Of a DNA stretch of 64,000 nt, positions 54,271 to 64,000 are shown piece after piece (the first letter of the stretch is position 1; the number at the start of each line of letters is the position of its first letter). The stretch lies in the IMG/VR virus record IMGVR_UViG_3300049216_000067; one strand, given 5' to 3'. The notes under the pieces are model-generated. The model was not told the origin of the DNA, searched no databases, and was given only the letters and a program-made list of their open reading frames with translations. Position numbers and translations under genes: made by a program. This stretch comes from a virus.

Positions 54271-54271
54271 A

Positions 54272-55513
54272 TTATTTCCTACGAATATCTTTCAATGATT
54301 TTGGAGTGGTTTCTTCTTTATAAGCTGTCAATCCGATACCACCGCTCGGAACTGCGCCCATCCTGCCGTCAAAATAATCACCAGGTGGTCTTGCACCTTT
54401 CGCTGGACGATCTTTACGATACTTCACACCTTTGGCTTGGGTCTGAGTTACTTTAATTTCTTGATTGCTTTCACTGACTGGTTTAGCACACTTACAGATA
54501 GCAGCATTAGCTTTGGTTGGCTTGCCAGCTTTCTCTGATTCGTCATTATGGCAAGCTTGAAGCGCACTATGTGCGTCACCTTCATGCTCCCAAACTGTTC
54601 TATGCTTTCCTTCTTTTGCTGCTGGGCAACCTAATTTGTGTACACGGTATGAACAGTTGTTGTGGCTAAAAGTAATAAGATGTTTCTCGGCACTTTCAAC
54701 TACCTCACGAGAGGTTGCTTTGTTTCCTGGTACAGCGATACCACCCTTATACTTGTCGCCCTGAGAAACACCTTTCTTGTCTTTCTTCTGGGCAATCATG
54801 TCTACAATTGTTGGAAACTCTTTTTCAAATAAAATATCAACATCTTCACGAATATTAGATGTATCGTTTTGACCTTCTAATGGGACAGGTTTCTTCTTTC
54901 GTAGAACGTTGAATGATCCGTCTTTGACTCGTTCATAGCCAGCTGGAACGTCATGGCCACCCTTAGGTTCACCACCAACTGGCTTAGGTACTTTTGGGGA
55001 ACGGATACCCATTACCGGCTTTTCAAAATACCCTTCAACCAACGTATTCAATTCTTGGAGCCAAGAAACAATTTGCGCCTGAGTTTCTTCATTGGCTTTT
55101 ACAAAATCGTTAGAATTATCGAATAGGAAGAACCCTTCTCCGAATAGATCCTTAAACTCGTGCATTGACTTGATGGATTCTTCGTACCTGGATGCACGAC
55201 GAGATTCGAGGATGTTTCCTGAACGTAGGAAAGATGCTTGATTGTCTGTGTATACGAAGACCATGGCAGTCTGATAGCCCATCGCTTCAAGGACTGCTTT
55301 TGATGTATGAACGTGAGTATAAGATTCAGCCGTGCCATTAACGATCAACGGTCTACCATCTATAGTTTCAACGTTTTTGTTATGGGCGATTGCGTCAATG
55401 AGTTTCGCTAAAGGAAACTCTGTGGCACCAGACTCTTTAAGAGCCGTGCGTAATAGGAAATCCTTACCGGAACCAGGACCGCCTACTAGAAATACTGCAT
55501 TATAATTTTCCAT
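54272..55513 (-). CDS. P-loop kinase (zeta-toxin/AAA_33-like) with low-complexity C-terminal extension
   Basis: AVFLVGGPGSGKD, LIVNGTA, GY.T.MVFV.T. Confidence 0.7.
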   Translation of the reverse strand: MENYNAVFLVGGPGSGKDFLLRTALKESGATEFPLAKLIDAIAHNKNVETIDGRPLIVNGTAESYTHVHTSKAVLEAMGYQTAMVFVYTDNQASFLRSGNILESRRASRYEESIKSMHEFKDLFGEGFFLFDNSNDFVKANEETQAQIVSWLQELNTLVEGYFEKPVMGIRSPKVPKPVGGEPKGGHDVPAGYERVKDGSFNVLRKKKPVPLEGQNDTSNIREDVDILFEKEFPTIVDMIAQKKDKKGVSQGDKYKGGIAVPGNKATSREVVESAEKHLITFSHNNCSYRVHKLGCPAAKEGKHRTVWEHEGDAHSALQACHNDESEKAGKPTKANAAICKCAKPVSESNQEIKVTQTQAKGVKYRKDRPAKGARPPGDYFDGRMGAVPSGGIGLTAYKEETTPKSLKDIRRK

Positions 55514-55596
55514 GCTTCCTACTCTGTGAAGAAGTGCCGGGAGATTACAAGTTTCCCGGCTAATTTTGTTATTGTCTTTTAGTTATCGTTATTCGA

Positions 55597-55776
55597 TTAA
55601 AGCTTTGAGACGACAGTGTTTGCAACTGCCTTTTCTGCATCGGTTGCTGCTGCCTTAACGTCAGCTTCAACACCAGCAACAACTGTTGCTCCAGTTACTA
55701 CCTTACCTGACTTCCATAGCTTGTAAGCTACAACAGCGGCTAGGACCAAAACACCTGTAATTATTAAACCTAACAT
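55597..55776 (-). CDS. Small membrane protein (59 aa)
   Basis: Manual: MLGLIITGVLVLAAVVAYKLWKSGK...; downstream of TATAAATA at 55805-55812. Confidence 0.65.
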   Translation of the reverse strand: MLGLIITGVLVLAAVVAYKLWKSGKVVTGATVVAGVEADVKAAATDAEKAVANTVVSKL

Positions 55777-55826
55777 GTTAATTTCCTTTTGTTATTAACT
55801 AACGTATTTATACTATTAAAATATGA

Positions 55827-56036
55827 TCAAGAACGTATGCTGACACTATTGGCTGAGTTTTCAGATTGGATCATTTTGATGATAGTTTCAGTTAGCTGAA
55901 GATCCCTACGGATATACTCCAGTTTTGTTTCCAACTCTTCTTTTTTCTTAAGGTACATAGCTAACTCCTTCAACTGGCGTTCGCGTTGTTCTTTAACATC
56001 CGAAAGAAGAATGATTCTAGATTTCTCTGTTTCCAT
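55827..56036 (-). CDS. Coiled-coil hypothetical protein
   Basis: 69 aa after the helicase. Confidence 0.65.
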   Translation of the reverse strand: METEKSRIILLSDVKEQRERQLKELAMYLKKKEELETKLEYIRRDLQLTETIIKMIQSENSANSVSIRS

Positions 56037-56044
56037 CCTTTGAT

Positions 56045-57457
56045 TTATACAATTTCTCCAGTCTCAGTATCAACATCTTGATTGTTACCTATATTCTTAA
56101 ACTTGTCCCACATGCTGCCACCCGTTCTAGTTGGTGTAACCTGCTGGTAACCAATGTCTTGGTTGAGTGTCTGACCAGAATCTTCAATGTCGTAAAGCTT
56201 CATCTTTCCATAGTTAACACCAACTAAGAAACGTTGATTTTCATTCACATCAGTAGATCGACTTGCCAGCTTCTTGACTGCTAATTGGTTTTGAGCACGA
56301 AGTTGATCATTTGTTGTGACTACCCATAATTCATCCACAGTGGCCGGTAGACCAAACGATTCAGAAGTAGCATCCATGTCAGGGTCACTGTCTTTAAAGC
56401 CAGCACGAGTGATCTGAGTCGCGCTAACGATAGGACATTTGATTTCACCGGCAAGACCACGCAATTCTTCAGCTATGCTCTTAACGTAGGTATAACTGTT
56501 TACGTTGTTTCCTGGTTTGTAACGTGAAGAAGTACAAATGTTCAAATAATCGACAAAAATCACATGTGGCCTAAATTGTTTCTTAAGAAGAAGTTCGTTC
56601 AACAAAGCACGGAAATGATTCACGTTAGCTGTTGCGGTTGGATACTCTTTAACAATCAATCTACCTTTAATAGTTTCCCTCATACTAGCTATTTTACGAT
56701 CATAGTTTTCTTTAGGAAGATCCACAAGATTCTTAATTGTAATATCAAGAAGGTTAGCATCGATTCGCTGTGATATTTTTTCTTCAGCCATTTCCAATGT
56801 AATGTACAAAACATTGTATCCCTGCTCAAGGTAACCGGCTGCGAAGTCACACATGATCAATGATTTGCCAACTTTAGGCCCAGCTAAAATGACATTCAAA
56901 GTCTTAGATTCTAAGCCGCCACCCGTAGCAAGATTGAATTTTTTGTTTGAAAGAGGAAGCTTTGTATTTTTACGATGATAGTATTCGTAACGTTCATCAG
57001 CATCCTCAATGTAATCATGACCAACATTTGGGTCAAAGCTGACAGCAAGTGCATCAGTCAATAATTGAGGAATACTACCTTTGTCTTTTTTGCTCTTGCC
57101 ACCCATGATCTGAATAGATTCATGAATAGCATTATGGAGTGCTTTCTCCTGACAAAACTTTTCCGTTTCGAAATCTAACCAACCTATATCGTCTTGTATT
57201 TCATTTTTAGAAATATTGTCTAGAAGTAACTCTACCTGTTCGATATCACTTTCAAAGATATCGGTACGGTGATTGATAGCAATCCAAAGAGCATCCGTTG
57301 ACGGAGGCATCTTGTATTTTTCAACGTGGTTTGCTAATTCGGTGAATATAATTTGTTCGGCGCGAGACTCGTTAAAATACTCAACTTTCAGATACGGTAG
57401 GGCCTTTCTTAGAAACGGTTCGTTCTTCAATAGGTTCCTCAAAATACACACTTCCAT
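56045..57457 (-). CDS. gp41: Replicative helicase gp41
   Basis: LAGPKVGKSL, YITLEMAEE, VKEYPT, VDYLNIC, AEELRG, SATQ..R, SESFGLPAT.D. Confidence 0.95.
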   Translation of the reverse strand: MEVCILRNLLKNEPFLRKALPYLKVEYFNESRAEQIIFTELANHVEKYKMPPSTDALWIAINHRTDIFESDIEQVELLLDNISKNEIQDDIGWLDFETEKFCQEKALHNAIHESIQIMGGKSKKDKGSIPQLLTDALAVSFDPNVGHDYIEDADERYEYYHRKNTKLPLSNKKFNLATGGGLESKTLNVILAGPKVGKSLIMCDFAAGYLEQGYNVLYITLEMAEEKISQRIDANLLDITIKNLVDLPKENYDRKIASMRETIKGRLIVKEYPTATANVNHFRALLNELLLKKQFRPHVIFVDYLNICTSSRYKPGNNVNSYTYVKSIAEELRGLAGEIKCPIVSATQITRAGFKDSDPDMDATSESFGLPATVDELWVVTTNDQLRAQNQLAVKKLASRSTDVNENQRFLVGVNYGKMKLYDIEDSGQTLNQDIGYQQVTPTRTGGSMWDKFKNIGNNQDVDTETGEIV

Positions 57458-57812
57458 CCGTATCATCGCTCAATACCTCTTTCTTCAAATCATTAAAATT
57501 GGTTTGTGCATCTGCAATACAGATGAACAAAATCTCACCCACTAACTTGGAAAACTCTTCACCGTAATAAGAAGCGTGCGTACCAGGAATCTTTTTGATT
57601 ATTTCGTGATCGAATTTGGTCTTACCGTAATCATCCAGGACTTTAATGTCCTTTACAGTGAAGACTGTTCCCTTGTACGCACCTTCTAAAACCTCTATTG
57701 GAAGCAATCCATTATACTCGTCGGCAATCCTAAAGAACTTATCTTTTTCATATTTCTTTAGCTTTAAAATAATGAGGATGTCTTCTAATTTCTTATGAAG
57801 ATATCTTTTCAT
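57381..57812 (-). CDS. gp40-position protein (head vertex assembly chaperone-like)
   Basis: Between uvsX and gp41; G.YKG.V...F...VGEIL. Confidence 0.5.
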   Translation of the reverse strand: MKRYLHKKLEDILIILKLKKYEKDKFFRIADEYNGLLPIEVLEGAYKGTVFTVKDIKVLDDYGKTKFDHEIIKKIPGTHASYYGEEFSKLVGEILFICIADAQTNFNDLKKEVLSDDTDGSVYFEEPIEERTVSKKGPTVSES

Positions 57813-58903
57813 TATTCGTCTCCATCCTCAATATTAAGATCCTCATAGCCTTGATACATTGAATCGCCAGTCAAAGCGTATGTGTCTTTGATCCAATCTT
57901 TGAATTTTTGATCATTCAAAATAGGTGTCCAAAACTCTGCGCAATTCATGTCTGCTTTGCGCCATAGCTTATCTTCAACTTCACCGGTCTCCATGTCTAC
58001 ACGCGAATACCAACCAGGCTTAGGTTTAGTTACATGACCTGATTCAATAGCAAGATCTTTTAGTCCAGAAAATTGGCTGATGCCACCGTCGAAACGTACT
58101 TCAATTGGAATCTTAGATTTTTCTTTGACGAATCTAGACTTCTCAACATTGATAATAAAATCGTAACCAAGAATTTCAGTTTCACCTTGTTCTTTTTCTT
58201 GTTGACGACCAATGATGAATGCACTATCTGCGGAATACAAAGGTCCAGTACCACCACTAATAATGGCCTTCGGGTACATTCCTTGTTCCATGTAGATATG
58301 CATTACTACATGCATTGGAATATCTTTAAGATTCAAATGTGGGGTAACCATACGGAACAAAGATTTGATTTGTTTAGCGCGAGTCATGTCGGTGACTGAC
58401 TTCTGGGCTAATGCATCTTCTACTTCTTTCTTAGAAGCTAGATTACCAACAGAATCTATAGCAATGAATAATTTGTCGCCACGTTCCACTTCCTGAAGTT
58501 GAGCCATGATATCAAACTTCAATTGCTCAACATCTGTAAGCGGACTATGAACAACACGAGACATATCTATACCAAATGCATCAAAATATGTTTTACCCGT
58601 TCCAAATTCGGAATCGTAAAACAAACATACACCATCTGGATATTTTTCTTGATAAGCCTTAACCATCATTAAAAGAAATGCCGTCTTAAAATGTTTAGAT
58701 GGACCGGCCCAAAGAGTCAAACCTGGTGAGATACCACCATTAAGATCTGCTGATAGTGCCACATTAAGAATAGGAATTTCTGTTTTGATTTGATCTTTCT
58801 TATCGAAGAACTTTGAGTCAGACAGAATGGCTGATTCTTTGATTGTTGAATTCTTCTTGATTTTGTCTAGGAGTTTGTTTGGTTTATTTTGCTTGTTTTC
58901 CAT
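57812..58903 (-). CDS. uvsX: RecA-like recombinase UvsX
   Basis: AGPSKHFKT, YDSEFG, DSVGNLASKKE, DMTRAK, SGGTG, KSRFVKE. Confidence 0.95.
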   Translation of the reverse strand: MENKQNKPNKLLDKIKKNSTIKESAILSDSKFFDKKDQIKTEIPILNVALSADLNGGISPGLTLWAGPSKHFKTAFLLMMVKAYQEKYPDGVCLFYDSEFGTGKTYFDAFGIDMSRVVHSPLTDVEQLKFDIMAQLQEVERGDKLFIAIDSVGNLASKKEVEDALAQKSVTDMTRAKQIKSLFRMVTPHLNLKDIPMHVVMHIYMEQGMYPKAIISGGTGPLYSADSAFIIGRQQEKEQGETEILGYDFIINVEKSRFVKEKSKIPIEVRFDGGISQFSGLKDLAIESGHVTKPKPGWYSRVDMETGEVEDKLWRKADMNCAEFWTPILNDQKFKDWIKDTYALTGDSMYQGYEDLNIEDGDE

Positions 58904-58955
58904 AGTCGTTCCTTCTAATAAGAAGGAACATTATAGCAAAAATATGGTTAATACT

Positions 58956-61601
58956 CTACTGGAACAGATGCTCTAAAGATCCTCTTTCCTCTAGTTCCCA
59001 CCCAATGGCCTCAGTGACACGTTCTATTTGCACAAGATAATTCTTATTGAACATTGCTTCATAATCAATACTATCGTCCACTTCAAACTCTTTAGGAATC
59101 ACTGTCGTAAACGACACGACATCGGATTGAAGCTTGTTGGGTTCTTTCAAGTAAACGTACTTAAGTTTTTCACCTTCTTTAATAGATTGGTACTTTCTCG
59201 TAAGATCTTTCCTGATTAACCAACGATTAAAGACGATAGCTCCCTTCACATGTGCTGGGGTCTTATTTCGAAAAATAATTTCGGTACTGTTGGAGCCATC
59301 ATATTTCTCTAATCCGTGCATGCCCAATGGTGCAGCAATATCTTGTACCGGAAGGTTAAAGAATTCCTTACGAAACTTCTCATTGAAATCACGAAGTTCT
59401 TTAATAGTTCCACCATTAATAATAAGTTCGAAAGCTTCTTTTGCTGCCTTACGACAAGCACCTGGAGTAGATGACTTGATAGCTGCCATGCCGGTAATCT
59501 TAAGCTTTGGCTTGGCGTACTGCACACCCTCCATGTTGTAAATGTTCAACATGTAATGCTTCTTCTTGACCCAGATGGCGCGATCTACCAAAGCTTCACG
59601 CTTCATTTCTAGCTTCTGTTCGTAAGCATTGGTATAGTCAGCTAGTTCCTGGCAAAAAGCCTTCACCTGAGGCGCTATAACCTTCTCGCAGACCTTATCC
59701 AAGTGTTCTATGACCTTTCCCGGCCCCATAGCTTTCTGCTGCTCAGGCGTGTACGCAGCGTCTACAATCGCCTTAAAGGTGACATAGACCGAATCGGTAT
59801 CACTAGCAATGACATAGTCACCATTGGTCTGACCTGTACGGTTATTAATAAACTCATTAAGTCTCTTCTGAATGAACTGAACAGATAGACGAGCAGATGT
59901 AGTGATGGCTTCAGCCAAACGAACATCAAAGAATCGGAAGTATTGATTTCCAACGGCACCGAAAGCTGAGTTCAACTGAATCTTCTTGGAAGCCTGAAGG
60001 TTGTTATACTTTGTGATCAAAGCTTCAATCTTCAATCTTTCCTCAGGGTCGGTAGTCTTTTCAAGAAGCTTTTTCTGCTCAGTCATTTTCTTCTTGTAAG
60101 CAGCACGATCTTTGTACATTCGGTCCATGATATCCGGCAAGAATCCACGAACATTCGTCCTAAAGAACTGACCATTAGGCGTCAACGTGACTTTCTCGTC
60201 TTTAAGAATATTAGTGTCGTAGATCTTTTCTAGCATACACTCGATATTGTCGGTATTTTTACCAAAGTTACATTTTTCAAACCATGCCAATAGAAGATCA
60301 CTGAACTCTTCAGGATGAAGCAATGTTTCAGGAGAGATATTAAACATCATGATCAAATGAGGATAAAGGCTAGTAAAGTCGAATGAAGCGAGCCAATGGT
60401 ACATACCGGCTTTAGGCTCTTTAACGTAACCACCTATGAACTGTTCGCTCTTAGGATTCTCCTTCTTGGGAGGCATCATGATACCTTTGCGCTTAAGTTC
60501 GTTCATGACAATCGTATCCCACATACGAACCTGTGAGAACACATCCTCGAAGTTGACGCGAGCATCGTAAGCGAGAGTCACAATCTGTTCGATCAAAGCA
60601 TTCTTTGCTTCGATCTTCATAACCAATTCAACGTCACCAATGTTGTAATCGATGAACTTTTGATAATTCTTAACAAATAGGCTGTACAAATCTTCGTATT
60701 CAGAATAGTCGATCTTTTTTGATCCGACTTCCACGCTACCAATATAATCTAACTTGTATGACTCTTGACTTGGGTTTGCAGAAAACTTGATGTACAAATC
60801 AATGTAATCAATCATAGCGACACCGGAAATCTCGTGATAACAGATTTCGTCTGTGCCAACTCTAACATTGCGTTTTCTGACCCAACCCCACGGTGATAAT
60901 TGCTTGATTAAATCCTCACCATCGGAACCCATGAATAATCGTTCCATACGATTGATCATGTAAGTAAAGTCGAACCCTGCACTGGGATTACCCATACGCA
61001 ATGAACGACAAGCATTCCATCCAGTAACAATGTCCGGATAATGCTTCTTCCATAGCTCCATGAACTTACGAATTAGATCTTTTTCATCTGCGCAATGAGT
61101 GTAAATGACATCTTCACGAGTTGTCGTAAACATTTGATCTGAACCGTTACCATAACCAAACACATAGAACTTACCGGCAACATGGATAGTGATGGCTGTT
61201 ATAGGCTCATTGGCCTGTTCAGGCTTAGGAAATCCATTTTGAGAACCAACCTCAATATCGATATAGGCTACGACAATGTCAGAGAACTTAAACTCAATGT
61301 CATTAGTGTAAAAATCAGAAATGAAAGAGTATTCATGACGATTATCACCATACAATTTGAATCCAGGAATGTGCTGATACTTTTTCCTAAACTCTTTGTG
61401 TGCGTTGATATCTTCAAAAGATACCTCGTCTAGTGGTTGACCAGAAAGGGTCTTGTACGGTGACTGATAGTTCTTAGAAACCGTATATAGACGAGGTTGA
61501 TATGGAAGGCGCTTCCTTACGCGCTTCCCATCCACGACACCACGGAATAGAACATTATTCCCGTAGTGCTGGACGTTTGTATAGAAATTTGTAGACTTCA
61601 T
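58956..61601 (-). CDS. gp43: Family B DNA polymerase gp43
   Basis: DIEV exonuclease motif, SFDFTSLYP, KIQLNSAFGA.GN, ASDTDS, KKHY. Confidence 0.96.
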   Translation of the reverse strand: MKSTNFYTNVQHYGNNVLFRGVVDGKRVRKRLPYQPRLYTVSKNYQSPYKTLSGQPLDEVSFEDINAHKEFRKKYQHIPGFKLYGDNRHEYSFISDFYTNDIEFKFSDIVVAYIDIEVGSQNGFPKPEQANEPITAITIHVAGKFYVFGYGNGSDQMFTTTREDVIYTHCADEKDLIRKFMELWKKHYPDIVTGWNACRSLRMGNPSAGFDFTYMINRMERLFMGSDGEDLIKQLSPWGWVRKRNVRVGTDEICYHEISGVAMIDYIDLYIKFSANPSQESYKLDYIGSVEVGSKKIDYSEYEDLYSLFVKNYQKFIDYNIGDVELVMKIEAKNALIEQIVTLAYDARVNFEDVFSQVRMWDTIVMNELKRKGIMMPPKKENPKSEQFIGGYVKEPKAGMYHWLASFDFTSLYPHLIMMFNISPETLLHPEEFSDLLLAWFEKCNFGKNTDNIECMLEKIYDTNILKDEKVTLTPNGQFFRTNVRGFLPDIMDRMYKDRAAYKKKMTEQKKLLEKTTDPEERLKIEALITKYNNLQASKKIQLNSAFGAVGNQYFRFFDVRLAEAITTSARLSVQFIQKRLNEFINNRTGQTNGDYVIASDTDSVYVTFKAIVDAAYTPEQQKAMGPGKVIEHLDKVCEKVIAPQVKAFCQELADYTNAYEQKLEMKREALVDRAIWVKKKHYMLNIYNMEGVQYAKPKLKITGMAAIKSSTPGACRKAAKEAFELIINGGTIKELRDFNEKFRKEFFNLPVQDIAAPLGMHGLEKYDGSNSTEIIFRNKTPAHVKGAIVFNRWLIRKDLTRKYQSIKEGEKLKYVYLKEPNKLQSDVVSFTTVIPKEFEVDDSIDYEAMFNKNYLVQIERVTEAIGWELEERGSLEHLFQ

Positions 61602-61873
61602 TAAGTAGCTGAAACTGCTGCCGTTGTGTTAGCAATATCTTCCTTCAATTCAGCAACCACTTCTCTTGCTAGACGTTGAAGCTTGAAACCCTTGTGATGA
61701 CCATGAGCGTCAATAAAAAGCATGCGTAGAGCACGCTCATATCCTTCTGGGCCTGCGCCCTTAAACATCTGACGTTGCTCTTTGTTATAAGTCGATAGCG
61801 GTGACTTGCTCAAAGAAATAAACCTTCCCAAATTACGTGGAAGTGTGCTGTTGAAGCTCGACCTGTTCGCCAT
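61601..61873 (-). CDS. Hypothetical protein
   Basis: Start MANRSS after GGAG. Confidence 0.6.
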   Translation of the reverse strand: MANRSSFNSTLPRNLGRFISLSKSPLSTYNKEQRQMFKGAGPEGYERALRMLFIDAHGHHKGFKLQRLAREVVAELKEDIANTTAAVSAT

Positions 61874-62597
61874 TTTTATCTCCATCATTTAGTAGTTGAT
61901 CACATTTACGCATAAATCTTTCTGGTTGACCCTGTAGACGAACCTGGAAGTTATGCCAGAAAGTCTCTTCACCTGTCACAGGATCACCAAACGTCGTACC
62001 CAAACCGTATCGCGGCATTCCATCAGCAAGTGCCCATCCAGTAGGTGCCTCATCTGGCGCTGCCTCAAACTTGAGTGGCATGTACTTAATAACCTTGATT
62101 CCCTTTTTTTCTGAAATCCAGGTGTATTCTTCACCCACATCAGACCTTGATGTTTCCAGAGCAGAAGGTTTACCGATAGTCAAAAAAGTAGACGTACTGA
62201 TTGCCATTGCACTGGGTGCGACAAAAGTATGTTGACCGTTTTGAATATGGTTGGTTCTTTGAATATTACCAACGATAGCTCCATTATAGGCTTGCTCCAC
62301 ATAAAGATCAATGGCTTTATCGTTTAATGGAACAGCGTCAATATCCAAGAAAAACATTACATCGAAATCATACTTCTTGGCGATTCGACCAGCAAACTCT
62401 GGGCGTACATCTACACCGTTCATATGCCATGCACAATCCATAGAAATACCGTGACGTAATGTTGTCATCAACTGAAAAAATTGGTGACCGCTTTTATTAT
62501 ATTTTTCTACAACGGCTCGCTGTCTTTGAACAGCTTCCATTGGAATATTGTTCATAAAAAATGAGAAGATGCCAGCTTTGATCATTATTTTCTCCAA
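61833..62597 (-). CDS. GT-A fold glycosyltransferase-like protein
   Basis: HG, FFLDIDAVPL (DxD), DVGE. Confidence 0.7.
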   Translation of the reverse strand: MEKIMIKAGIFSFFMNNIPMEAVQRQRAVVEKYNKSGHQFFQLMTTLRHGISMDCAWHMNGVDVRPEFAGRIAKKYDFDVMFFLDIDAVPLNDKAIDLYVEQAYNGAIVGNIQRTNHIQNGQHTFVAPSAMAISTSTFLTIGKPSALETSRSDVGEEYTWISEKKGIKVIKYMPLKFEAAPDEAPTGWALADGMPRYGLGTTFGDPVTGEETFWHNFQVRLQGQPERFMRKCDQLLNDGDKNGEQVELQQHTST

Positions 62598-63358
62598 GGA
62601 AATCCATTTGGGTAACGTTGCTGCATAATTTCGTTACCGCGAGCAAAGAACTCACCAGAAACAGAAAGATTAGTACTATCGACAGTATAATTCACCGTGT
62701 ACTTACCTGTACCAACACCTTTAGTAGCCTGATTCAAAACATGAACCAACGCACGATCAACTTCTGGCACTCCTGGTTCACGAGCTTTACGGTGCCAAAT
62801 AGGTGAAACATAAACAGCAAGTTTCTTTTGAATAAAATAACAATTCACATCGACCAGACGATCATTTGCATTGATGACTGTTGGATAATCTGGACCTAAA
62901 CTTTCACAATCATCATTACAAAGAATAACACCATTTTTGTCTACGATCTTGCGTAACGAATAAGCCCAACCAGTTTGATTTTTATGAATAGCTTCTAAAC
63001 AATCGTTTATATGATATTCATCAATAGTATTATCATCATCTAAGAACATCACATATTCACCGTCAGCCAGATATGTTCCGGCTGCGTACATACGGTGGCC
63101 ATTCCAACGGTCTTGACCTACAGAGAAAGGTAACTCAATTAATTCCACATCTTTATATAAAGAATATTTGTCACGACCACTAATCATGTCATAAGGAATG
63201 TGTTGAAATAATTTCTTACTAGATTCCGGTCCATCAGCAAAAATAAGATGCTGAATCTTAGCCACACTGGGGCCAGTTTGTTTTGCTACAGACTCAATAC
63301 AATTGATAATTGATTCACGGCCCGTTGAGGCAGTAATAACAGTTACTTGTGTATACAT
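62585..63358 (-). CDS. GT2 glycosyltransferase
   Basis: VIT.STG, SV..QT, DG, FLDDDN, VD.NCY, DR. Confidence 0.85.
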   Translation of the reverse strand: MYTQVTVITASTGRESIINCIESVAKQTGPSVAKIQHLIFADGPESSKKLFQHIPYDMISGRDKYSLYKDVELIELPFSVGQDRWNGHRMYAAGTYLADGEYVMFLDDDNTIDEYHINDCLEAIHKNQTGWAYSLRKIVDKNGVILCNDDCESLGPDYPTVINANDRLVDVNCYFIQKKLAVYVSPIWHRKAREPGVPEVDRALVHVLNQATKGVGTGKYTVNYTVDSTNLSVSGEFFARGNEIMQQRYPNGFPWRK

Positions 63359-63424
63359 TACGATTTACCACGAATAGAACGCTGATGCGCTGCCCATCTC
63401 TTCAAACGCTTTTTAGATCCACGC

Positions 63425-63700
63425 TTAGCTCGGCCTTTTCCACGCTTGTTCAACCCAGTCCCACTGCTCATTGTAAAACTCCTTCCTATACCAACAGTCC
63501 CAGAGTTTTTCTGGAACAGCATTTAAAATAAATTCACCACTAGTAGCCAATGAGGGACCGTATCTCAATGGATATACATTATACGGTTCACACTCATATT
63601 TAAAGCCATTGTCGGTGAGTTCAGTAACCTTAATCCACCCAGGTGGTGTGCCTGTTTTGGAAACAAACTTATCACCGACTTTTACATTATCAAATATCAT
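63425..63700 (-). CDS. Hypothetical protein
   Basis: TAATG-coupled ORF. Confidence 0.6.
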   Translation of the reverse strand: MIFDNVKVGDKFVSKTGTPPGWIKVTELTDNGFKYECEPYNVYPLRYGPSLATSGEFILNAVPEKLWDCWYRKEFYNEQWDWVEQAWKRPS

Positions 63701-64000
63701 TATTTACCCTTATAAGTTCCATCTAGAACGGCTACTCGGATAGTTTCATCAAAATTCACATTCTTCGTATTCATTGCAGACTTCATCATTGTGACCGTTT
63801 CACTTACAGTGTTGTATCCAGAACTAAATGATGCACCGGTTGCAGACAAACTCATTGAGCGACCACGAGTTATTCCATATGAACCACCTGTCTTAATAGC
63901 ATCTTGGTTTGCACCCAAGAACAAGAAATCCCAATTGTAAGTATCTGTTTGTTCTTTGATCTTAGCTGTAATTTGCTCGTGGTTATAAGTTCCACTAGAA
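63700..64000 (-). CDS. vWA-domain protein, C-terminal part (enters from window end)
   Basis: SSGTYNHEQITAKIKEQTDTYNWDFLFLGANQDA...GI. Confidence 0.7.
   Translation of the reverse strand, partial: SSGTYNHEQITAKIKEQTDTYNWDFLFLGANQDAIKTGGSYGITRGRSMSLSATGASFSSGYNTVSETVTMMKSAMNTKNVNFDETIRVAVLDGTYKGK

Noticed and set aside
44745-61601. Introns or inteins in nrdJ, primase, helicase, uvsX or polymerase
   Set aside because: Protein lengths and motif spacing are normal and uninterrupted.
1-64000. Genome-wide TAG reassignment (code 15)
   Set aside because: Structural, lysis and replication genes are full length under code 11, and TAG ends gp43, gp26 and the NAMPT-like gene at the expected C-termini.

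Overview
This is 64 kb of a large T4-like (myovirus) phage genome. The host is probably a Gram-negative proteobacterium, judging from spanins, a PagL-like protein, a PilZ protein and a two-piece tmRNA with an LAA tag. 1-12 kb holds baseplate and tail genes (gp6, 25, 5, 53, 48, 4, 2, 54, 26, 51 and a tape-measure-position gene). 12-34 kb holds gp32, gp59, gp33, guaC, phoH, an NAD+ reconstitution pair, RNA and DNA ligases and accessory genes. 32-41 kb is a very large RNA island: about 38 tRNA genes covering all 20 amino acids, plus many non-tRNA structured RNAs. 41-64 kb holds nrdJ, thyX, primase, a lysis cassette, late virion proteins, helicase, UvsX, DNA polymerase and glycosyltransferases. 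The most striking signal is an apparent translation-surveillance operon at 19.1-20.7 kb that the ORF track misses. Its order is: amber-suppressor tRNA(CUA), a small gene, a 25-codon leader carrying two in-frame UAG codons and an RGPP arrest-like motif that overlaps an anti-Shine-Dalgarno hairpin, a Pth2-like gene, and a circularly permuted tmRNA. Other notable items are a minimal (about 216 nt) RNase P RNA, a circularly permuted tRNA-like (YrlA-topology) element, a probable -1 frameshift fusing gp26 to gp51, and A34 and short-arm Leu tRNAs. All calls come from manual reading of motifs and base pairing; no database searches were run.
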